Shown here piece by piece: positions 1-9,785 of a stretch of DNA of 64,000 nucleotides; within the stretch, counting starts at the first letter, position 1, and every line of letters starts with the position of its first letter. The notes under the pieces were generated by a model. It was not told the origin of the DNA. It was given only the letters and a program-made list of their open reading frames with translations, and made no database searches. The position numbers were made by a program, and so were the translations under genes. Origin of the DNA: Lepidodermella squamata. Taxonomy: Eukaryota > Animalia > Gastrotricha. Location: positions 3,596,001-3,660,000 of the forward strand of contig JBLDXI010000017.1 of the NCBI GenBank assembly GCA_047495785.1, in the 5' to 3' direction.

Positions 1-509
1 GTCGTCGTCATCCTCTGGGAACTCACTTCCTTTCTTGTAATGTATGGCATTATCGTCTTTGTCGTCATCAACAATAGCATAATTCGAATCCAAAATATAC
101 GAGATATAACCAGATCGCATAATCAAATCGCAAGACAAATCCGTTGGGCAGCTGTAGAGAGAGCAAAAACGTTTCTAGAGAATATAAATATGGTCAACTA
201 CCAATTGCAAATGGAATGCTATGCTACCTGTTGGTGCCACACGGCAACTGTACATTGCTCCTCCGATTCACAGCAAAGTCTAACATAATATATTTACATA
301 TAAGATCAGCTCGTGAAAGTGCGTTGATTGCATTACCTCTGACAAGCAGACGCCGAAATGTCAAATCTGCGATCGATCAGCTTGCCTGCCGCACTTGCAA
401 TTTCAACGGCAAAGCCTGAATTGCCATCACCTCTGCATCGAGTGTTAGAGGCGCAAGATGATGTCGTAACTTGGAAAATTAAAGTCGCGAGAAACAATGC
501 TAATTTCAT
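1..509 (-). CDS. Secreted/membrane MANSC (MANEC)-domain protein, 5' part only (exons 509-337, 279-228, 174-<1)
   Basis: Spliced translation MKLALFLATLIFQVTTSSC (signal peptide-like) ... SACQR|LCCESEEQCTVAVWHQQ|KRFCSLYSCPTDLSCDLIMRSGYISYIL. This has the MANSC pattern C-x3-CC-x5-C-xVA...C-xL(Y/F)xC...C...GYxSY of the LRP11/SPINT1/KIAA0319 type. Introns of 57 and 53 nt are GT-AG and keep the frame. Not in the ORF track. Confidence 0.75.
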
Positions 510-1825
510 CGCGCGGTGTCAAACTAATATCTAACAATACCAAATAGCAATTAGCTTTTCATAACCATATAGCGCATAGAGCGAGTAAATCAAGAGCGCA
601 CTTGATGCTTGACGGGTAGACGCAAAACGCTGTAAGCTAGTTTCTTCGGCCGATTTAAATGCAATGTAAAGAATAATAAAGAACGAAGCCAAACAAAAGT
701 GTAAGATAGCCAAAAGATATACATAAAATCTAAAGGGCATTTACCAAGCAGAGGGCAGAGGTGTTAGACAAAACAGAAAACAGACACTAGGCACGCTCTA
801 ATTTGGCAACGCTACGCCGTCGATCAAGAATTGTCTATACACTTCGAAATTTAACCGCCCAAACTTTTGTCAGGTCCTAGTTCCCAAGTCACGACATGCA
901 ACCAAACTACAATAAAGCTACCTTCAATCGATCAACGATTTGTCCTCACGAAGAAATTCGCGCGCTTTTCTCAGGCAAGCGCAGTAAATTTGAAAAGTTT
1001 TAGCCCTTGACAGAATTTTTGTCGGCACGTCGGTCAACTATTATTATAATCTAAACCTATTAAAATATAATTATAAAATGTTGGTATTAGTATTGGCTTC
1101 ATTGACGACCTGAGCCGCAGCCCTAAACGTCAGAAAGCCCGAAGTCGTCTTCCTGTTGACCACTGCTACAGCAACACCACTATTCAACGAACAGTTTTCT
1201 ACCGTGGCATGGCGGCGCGGAATAACGCAAACTGCTTCATCCGGCAAATGAACTCGTTCAAACACACGCGTCAAGCTGCCTACGTCGTCAAATTCGTAAA
1301 ATAACAACTAGGAGAAATTATTTTATTAGATCCGTAATCTATGCTTGTGATTAGCTTTTTGTACTCTATTGTGCCCCCCTAAAGATTGTTGAAACCAGCC
1401 CTTACGCTGACCTTATGATCAATGGTCATACCACTGAGTAGTTCGCGGTGTATATGGCTTGTCATTGCCCTACCATACCCTATCATATTCAGTTCGACAA
1501 CTATACAACTCATATTCCCTTCCCTGCCTTCGGTCTGCGGCAAAGAGAAAGGTCTGCAACTTTCTTGCATCCACCAACCACTGGATGCTGGAAAAATTCC
1601 ACCTCATGCCTGACAAGTACTGCCATTTAATCACTTGATTAGGCTATACAAGATTTCTACAATAGGTATATCAGTAAAAATATCAAAAATCTCACAAGAT
1701 TAAATAGTCTCGAGTACCTAATTGACTCAATATTTATAATTAATATCATTGTATTACTATCAGAGCAAAACTAGAGTTCCACCTTACACCACGATATTAC
1801 GTTCTTTTCTCTAGTAAGATTTATT

Positions 1826-2961
1826 ATGGATTCTTTTTCGGGCAAGCCCACTGTCCGATGTCAGCTCGGCCGCCATCTCGCAGAGACTCCATACACTCAT
1901 GGCGTTTCCAGCTCGGATGCTCATAACCGAGCAATTAAATCTGAGCCATCTGATGCGGAGTTTCGAAGAGCTGGAGGCACTCCAAGTTCTGCTCTCGAGA
2001 ATGGCTCGAAGCGGAGCACGCGAGAGCAACCTGGTGCTTCAAATAGTGGCAGTGGACCTCGCTTTGTTGATGCCCCCGTTATGATCGGTGAGAGCGACAA
2101 TTATTCCAATGAATATACAATGTCTGACGAAGGAGAAACAAATGCAACGGAAATGTCAAAACAGCCGACTAAAGCTAATCGGCGGGTGCTAACGCAGCGA
2201 TATCAGCTGGATCAGATGAGAAATATCAAAAAGAGAATTTCCACAGAAGATTGGATCAATGAACAGCTCGATAAATTGATTCAGTCTGCAAGCCAGGTGC
2301 TCTAATATGATTTTGGCTAGATTGATATAATATTAGATAATAATAAATACCCAATAATGGTATGCAGTATCAACATTTAAAATTAGACGCAATTTAGTAA
2401 CGGTTAAATGGTTATAATGATGAACTGCAACATTTTGTACGGCTCTCGGGATCACTAAAGAGATTTTCCCCTAAAGAGGTTGTTCACATTCCTTAATAAT
2501 AAGGTAGGTACTAATAATAAATAAACCATTTTACAAATACCCTCCCACAGTTTCACATTCTTATGTGTGTAAGAACAGGGCCATAAAAACTAAGAACCAT
2601 TTTATGTGGCATAAGTCAATGAATGGAATCTAATCCTGGAATCTTTGGAACCAACATTCAAATCTTCTTTTTCTTAAATTGCGTAATTTTAATAAACTTG
2701 TACCCCCTATACAGGGTGTTCATGACTCATCTGCTGGCGAATTGAATTCAGAGCTGGCAATCGACTTGGATGAATTATTGGCTAGTGGTGGAGATACAGA
2801 AAGGCGGAGTTATCTAGAGGTTAGCTTTTCATCTACTTACATTACTGAATTTCTTAGCGATATTATGTTCTGTGCAGACGAAGCTGCGCAATGTTTTAGC
2901 CTCAAGCGAAATCGTGGAAGCGTTTGTAACCGAATGCATCGAAAAAATTCATCTGCTGTGA
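1826..2961 (+). CDS. PPP1R14: PKC-potentiated PP1 inhibitor, CPI-17/PHI-1 (PPP1R14) family (exons 1826-2296, 2715-2819, 2878-2961)
   Basis: RRVLTQRYQLDQMRNIKKRISTEDWINEQLDKL matches the family motif RVTVKY..L.KRL..E.WI..QL..L, including the phospho-Thr. ELAIDLDELL matches EIDIDELL, and EAFVTECIEKI matches EAFISGLLDKI. All introns are phase 0 GT-AG. Confidence 0.8.
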
Positions 2962-3842
2962 CGATATCGAATACAGGATTAGTCCAGATACATGATTCTT
3001 TCGTTTGAAATTCTTTGAATTGCCGCGCCTGTCTGATGATGGCGGTGATATAGCACGGTGCTTTGCATGAAATTCATGAATGAGAAATGAAATGAGGAAT
3101 TTACAAATGACTTCTGTCCAACTCTGATAGATAAGAACCATAACATAAGAACCCGCAACGACCACTATTCTCTGTCCTTCGTCCAACCCTATCCTTCGTG
3201 TACCTATTTGGCGGATGCTAGAGGATTCTGAGCGAACGTATCCTCGGATATAGTACTGTAATAAACGAGGTGTGCCATGTGAATGAGTGTCATTTTATGC
3301 TTAAGTAACTGCGCTCCATTGACGGCTGTTAATGCTCGATCTTCTCGCTTATCTGTTGTTCTTCAGGATATTTCTTTCGAAATTTGGCATTCATTTGTGA
3401 TGTACCTAATATTGATTCTTTTGGCTTCCATTGTTTTGAGGTTTGACATCGGAAATAATTTCTATTCCGGCAATGTTACTTTACCCTTGGCCATCGCACA
3501 GTTTTCACTTTGTACCCACTGCCATCCAAACTGAATTCGAAACATCATCGACCAAAAACATGGCACGAAAGAGCAAGATCATGTTTTTAACTGGAATTCA
3601 TATATTTTTTGTCAATAACGCACTACGACAGCAACTTACCCTATAACTAATAATTATTATTGTTTGTGCATGAGACTTCCAGCCAGCCAAAACAATATTA
3701 TTTTGCAGTCATCTCATCAACGTGAGCGGCTTCCGATGATATCAATAGAATAAAAATGGATATTTTGGAGTAAAATGTCATTTGTTGAAAGAACGATTTA
3801 CTTGAGAAACGACAAAACTAAATTGAACACTTTTATAACAAA

Positions 3843-4680
3843 TTATTCGGAAGTAGTTGCTTTCGCTGCCTTGTTCAGTGGATTCTGAGGCGATTTCTGC
3901 CATTCTTTCCAGATCATCTCTTTCAGCTGAGAGCGACGCATGTTTGGATATTCCATTTTCAGCTTGGCCATCATGGCCTCCTCGAAGTCCTGATGCGCTT
4001 TTTTCATGCGCCGCTCCGGATGAGCATCACCTTCGTCATCCCTGATATACAATGAGTCATAAACAACCATCAGTTTAGGCATAATTGGAGACTTACCCAA
4101 GTAACACAAGAGCTTGATCAACGTTTCGAGCCGAACCGTCACCTTCATTGAGGCTAAGAATTCTGTTAATGTTCTCTTCAAGAGGAGGAAGCTCTGAGTC
4201 AGATTCCTCGTCTGGTTTCCGTTCTTTGGGTTTAACAACATCAGTTGCGCTAACAGATGACGTCTCCTTAGCTGTTAGGAGGCCCAATCTCCTCTTCTCT
4301 TCCAACTCAGCTTTTTCACGAGCCTCGTCAATCTGAGCCTTTGTTGGACGGGCGGCAACGGCGGATTTCGGCTTTGCTGCTTTGAGTTGCTGAGCTTCCA
4401 TTTCCAACAGTTTCCGGTTCTCTTCACGTCGCCGCAATTCTTCCTCGTGCTTTTTCTGCTTCTCATCACGGCGTTCTAGTTTCTTCTGCAAATTTTTATC
4501 ATCATCTCTGAAAGAATTTACAGCAATTAATTTAAAATTAAATTTGAAGTTTCAAGCTAATTACTTCCAATAAGCATCTTCGGCTTCTTTCTGCTTTTTC
4601 TCAGCGGCAGCAACTTTCTTTTCATTTTCTCTAGCTTTGGCCTCCGCAGCTTTGCTGTTGGTACCCCAGTTCCGCGGCAT
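3843..4680 (-). CDS. CCDC124: Coiled-coil domain-containing protein 124 (Lso2/Oxs1 family), 3 exons
   Basis: N-terminus MPRNWGTNSKAAEAKARE...EDAYWK|DDD; C-terminus HPERRMKKAH..FEE...LKMEYPNMRRSQLKEMIWKEWQKSPQNPLN is diagnostic. Introns at 4508-4564 and about 4042-4096. Confidence 0.95.
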
Positions 4681-4743
4681 TATTTTGATAATACTTCTAA
4701 AAGTGATGATCTGATAATGAAAAATGAGTTAAATATTAGTTCT

Positions 4744-5355
4744 TCAACTTTTCACAACCGTAACGGTCCGATCAGCGTAATTTGAAATCACCGTCAGCTT
4801 AAGCGCTGCCAACGCATGAGAGCCCAGAATATTCAAATCCTTAAAATGACTACCGGGTGGCGACAAATAAACTTTGACCATTCCGACATTATGGATGTTT
4901 ACGTTACCAAAGCCTGGAATGTTGGGAAATAAGCCGAATGCTTTGAACGTGGATTTGCTTAGATAAGTATGAGGAGAACTGGTATTCACCAGGAAGAATA
5001 CATTCACAGGATTCGAGTCTTTCCACTTCACCGTTAAATTTACCATCGAGCGACAATTGTCACCAAGCATGAAGCCTTTCACAGGAAATGAGGGCGAGTC
5101 CTTCGATTCGGACAAATACTTGATTCCCAAGGTAGGGCCGACAGATGATTCTAGCATCTGAGAGTAAGTGATAAGGTTACTAATAATTATTCGAAGTTAT
5201 TAGCTATGAATCACCTGCTCGCTGATGTCAGAAAGGAATATATCTTGATCGAAAGGGCCAATTTTCTGAGATGACAAGGAAATCGGCAAGTTTCGAGCAA
5301 TATACTTGAAATTGTTCGATGATTTCAACATTGCAGAAGCCAAACGATGTAACAT
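4744..5355 (-). CDS. Retropepsin (clan AA aspartic protease)-fold protein, about 184 aa, with a substituted catalytic motif and a possible mitochondrial presequence (exons 5355-5215, 5157-4744)
   Basis: VFFLVNTSSPHTYLS aligns to the FLVDTGSPxTxLS active-site motif, and NILGSHAL to the ILGxDFL motif. The N-terminus MLHRLASAMLKSSNNFKYIARN is basic, Ser-rich and has no acidic residues. One 57-nt phase-0 GT-AG intron. Confidence 0.65.
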
Positions 5356-6693
5356 TATGAAAACTGTGTAGTAAAAAGTCTAATCAAGTGAATATATCAA
5401 AGTATAAAGAATGTTAACATAAAGCGAGACATTTGTGTCAGGCAATAAGTTATCAACACTCGTTCACTTTGGAAGTTCGATAAGGCCCAAGGCCCGCCCA
5501 TGGTCAGTTGAAGTTATCACGTATCAGTGTCAAAACAGAATAAAACGAACCGCTATGTGATTGCCAGTTTGGTCGCGATCGAAAGTTCAAGGTACCGTTA
5601 AAACGCGACAACTTTTCCTATGCGAAAATTCTAACATACGCATTCTTGCCAAGAATCCGAAGTTCTTCTGAACTCGTCGGAAATCCGAAGAATAATGTAT
5701 AGCGTTGGCACTAAAAAAAATTGAAACAAGTCTGGTGGCGTCGACTTCATCTCAGCGATTGCTTCTCAGCCTCTCTTTTCGGATAATAGGCAAACAGTTT
5801 CTTCAGGGGATCCGCCATACAGCACAGAATTTTGCATCACAGTCGTCAAACGAACCTGTCTTCGCAACTTTCACCACTCGTCGAGCTCTCGCGCAGAAGG
5901 CTAAAGCGCGCCTTTTCGCTTTTTTCAAATTTTCAAACATTCTGCTCATAAATTCTTGGTAATTAACTATACCTTATTTAAATTTCGTATAGGGTTGTTC
6001 ATTTTTTGTTCAAGGACAACGCGCACCTAATTTGAATCCTTGATTGAAAATTCGCTTGGATTGATTGATTGGATTCGTCAAACCTTACTCTGAATCTTGC
6101 TAATTTTACCAATTGGGACTCAGATGTGCAGTATTTCATATATCCAAGTTCGACTGCATGAACACGAGGCACAGCTATAGCTCTTTTAAGTACTTCCATT
6201 CTTGCTTGAAGTTTTACTTGACCGCAGATAGAGAATAACAAAAGACTTCCATTTTTTACGGTTTGCAAAATCCAGCAAAACCCCACCCTGTCAGTACTCG
6301 ATACTCCAACTACCAACTACTAATATTAGTTGGAGTTAATTATTTGACCTGACGGCTTGCTGTCTTTGAACATTGAAGCTAACTGGGTAAATTTTTCGCG
6401 AATATGTGTAACAAATCCGGTTGTCACACGATTGCATTGATCTATTTTTATCTCGTCGTGTCTACTAAAATTGCTTGAGCGTTTTTACAGCGATTAATTG
6501 ATAGCTATCTCAAAGTAATTTTTCCTCTAGGCGACCCAAGACCCAGTTTAGATTTTAAACTGGCCACAGTTTTCAATCAACTATTGTGTTAACTGCTAAC
6601 TGCTGCGCATGGAACGCTTTTAAAAAATCCAGCTGCTAACGTCGCTTATGTTGAACATTCTTAATTTTAGGCTCATTTCAGAGCATTAATTAT

Positions 6694-9600
6694 ATGTCGA
6701 GCGATCGCACTAACATTCTTGTTGCTGCGAGGTAATGCATTTTGCCACCTTACGTGATTTGTTTCATAATTGTGTTTATCAGAGTGCGGCCTCTCAATGC
6801 GAAAGAAGGTACAGAACCTGCTCTACGTGTGACGCAGGGAGATCAAAGCAGTTCAATACACGTGGAGAAGTGTGGCATAAATAAGCAGTTCAATTTTGAT
6901 TTCGTCTTTGGTCCTGACTCAGAACAGCATGATGTGTTCAACGTTGTAATACCGCTCGTTGAGAGTATATTAGATGGATACAACGCTACTGTTCTTGCTT
7001 ACGGTAATACAACAATTTGTTAACATTGGTGCACAATTAATATTCATGTATTGCGGAAGGTCAAACTGGGAGCGGGAAAACTTTCACAATGGGAACAGAT
7101 GCTTTATCTCTTGCCGAGAATGGCGGCGCTGACGCTTTAAGTCGTCGTGGTGTCGTTTCTAGATCAACAGATCATTTATTTTCCATGATGGCAGGTTTGT
7201 TGCTCTTCAGTCGTATTTCGTATAGTTTAGTGCCGAATAATTATCAGAACGTCGTAGCCGAGCATTGGCTGCTGGCCAACCCGTTCCTGAGTTCTCCGTC
7301 TCGGTAGTTTTTGTGGAGATCTATAACGACGATGTCATCGATTTGTTAGCCGGCAAAGACAAAAACTGCCATCCTTCCGCTCAGAGCAATGGCACATCCA
7401 ACAATATTCCAGGATTAAAAAAATCTTCCACAGGTTTGATAGCGTTATATTCTTCTTTTCGCTCTTTTAATGTGGTGAACTTCAATCAAGTTGTAAAATC
7501 AAAAAATGTGCCTGCAAAGAAAGCTAATGTGCGATGCACTGAAAATGGAGATATTGTCCTCGATGGCATCACAACCGTCGCTTGCGATTCTTCTTCCTCG
7601 GTGTTATCGTGTTTACAAGAAGGATCGCTTGCCAGGCGAACAGCCACAACGGCTTACAACGAACGCTCAAGCCGCTCCCATGCAATTTTTACTATTGTGG
7701 TCAATCAGCATCGGTTTATTAAGCCAGCAAAGTCAAACAGCGGCGGGGGGAGTACCGAGCCGGAATCTGATGCACTAGACGATCTTACCGATGAGGTATT
7801 TTTACTAATTTCGACCATACTTTGAGATCACCCGATTTTACAGGTTTTGGTGGCTAAAATGCACTTCGTCGACTTGGCGGGGTCTGAAAGGCTACACGAT
7901 GCCATTGTATGCTCTGGTCAAGCAGCTCAAGAACGGTTTCGCGAAGGCGTCAACATCAACATGGGTTCGAATGGAGTGATACTTGATTGAAACCTTGGTC
8001 AATAGCAATTTTTGTTCACAGGGCTTTTGACTCTTGGCAAGGTTATCAGTTTGCTGAGTGAAGGAAAAACCATGTCTCAGTACGTACCGTATCGAGAATC
8101 TAAGCTCACAAGATTACTTCAGGTATTTTTCCTGCCTTGATTCCCTTCAAATATATTCATGTTGCGTTAATTTCTCACCTTCACAGGACTCTTTGGGTGG
8201 CAATAGGTATGTTTTCATTAATCATAATCTATTCCTTATTAATGTTTATATTTTCAGCCGAACTTTGATGATTGCCTGTGTTTCGGCAGCCGAGTGCTAC
8301 ATGGAACAAGTACCGAAAATAACTTTTATAATTATTTTATAATACCATTTTCTTATTTTCAGTCGATCAATACGCTGCAGGTCGGAGAGCTTGCTTTCAT
8401 CGCATGACAAAGTTATCCCATTTGATTATTTTTAGTATGCTACAAACGCCCGAAAAATAAAAAATCAAGCAGTTGTCAACAGGTTTGACTTCATTCTTGA
8501 TAAAAATTCGGTTGAATGTAGGATGATACTCTTAGAGCGTCATCGGTGGCACAACTTCGCGCCGAAATAAATATGCTGCGAAAACGTTTGGAGTCGCGCA
8601 ACGGAGGCGCTGACGTTGAGACGCTCGTCGAATTGGGTCGCCTCCGTCAGGAGAATGAAGAACTCCGATCTCAATTATCATTGCTGGTTAGCTATTGCCA
8701 TCTTGCCTTTCTTATCTTTATTAAAGCTACAAATTCAGGAGCGCGAAAAACACGAGCGAACAGTGCGTCTTCGAGAAAACTCAGCCCAGACAGAAGCGTT
8801 AGCGGATATTGTGTCTAAAGAAGCAGCGATTCTGGTAGCTTCTAAGCTTAGGGCAGCCAAGTCACCGGAAACCGGCGACTCGACGCTGACCGACAGCAAA
8901 CTAATCGCGACCAACAGTTTTCGGCATTTGTATGACAAAATTGTCTCGGAACAAGCTGAGATCATCGCACTCAAAGAGCAAATGCCTTCGAACGGAATTT
9001 TCTCCCCCAACCACTCAGCACGATTTTTGTCAGGAAATCCCGACATTGAGCGGGTACGTGAGCGGAGAAGAAAGCGTAATACCGAAATGTTACTATCTTC
9101 GAACAATAACTCTTTTCGCTCGAGCGGTATGAGCATGAACAGGTAGGCCAAAGTTTGCCCGATCGCCATGCAGTAATTTTTTTCCTAACAAGTGTATCCG
9201 AAAAATCGGATATGACGCCTCAACCGACAACGCGACCCGCCAACGGTGAATCCGGCGGAACCTGGGATGTCATAATGACTGTGAGCTCCATTGGGGCAGA
9301 AGACGAAGACGACGAATACCGCGACCCAACATACGAACCCACCCCTCTAAAACAGCACCCTAATACTCGAAATCGCCGGCGATTCGAATGCGTGGAAGAT
9401 GACAATGGCAATCGCCGGTTGACACGAGCTGCGAAGAACTACGATCCAGAGCCAATGTTTAGCAAGAAGAGCCGCATTGACGAAGAACCTGGTGACGAAA
9501 ACGACGCTCCAAACCGCGAATTCTGTCGGTGCCATGGACTGTGCAAAATTGCTCGTTGCGCATGTCGACGAAACGGCTTAACTTGTTATCATGGTGAACA

Positions 9601-9785
9601 CGGTAAGATAAAACGTAATTTTTAAGGAAGCTCTGCTGAACTCAGATTTTATAGGATGCAATTGCGACGCTGAAGTTTGCAACAACAAAGGATCTGAAAC
9701 CGATAAAATTAGCAATAATACGTCCAACGAAGCAATTAGCATCGCAGGAGGGGAAAAGCAGGCGAAAAGCCGACGACGAGCTTGA
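6694..9785 (+). CDS. KIF4: Kinesin-4 chromokinesin (KIF4-like), about 15 exons, about 780 aa
   Basis: VAAR|VRPL, P-loop AY|GQTGSGKT, switch [12 protein letters not shown], switch [24 protein letters not shown]|DSLGGNS, neck ARKIKNQAVVN. The C-terminal Cys-rich CRCHGLCKIARCACRRNGLTC..G|CNCDAEVCNNK is typical of the KIF4 tail. Confidence 0.88.

Noticed and set aside
3010-3720. Minus-strand splice-like signals (gg|gtaagt near 3639) and short ORFs downstream of CCDC124
   Set aside because: I could not assemble a continuous frame or a recognisable protein.
5705-6316. Short ORFs between the protease-like gene and KIF4
   Set aside because: No motif and no consistent splice model; probably divergent promoter DNA or a decayed element.
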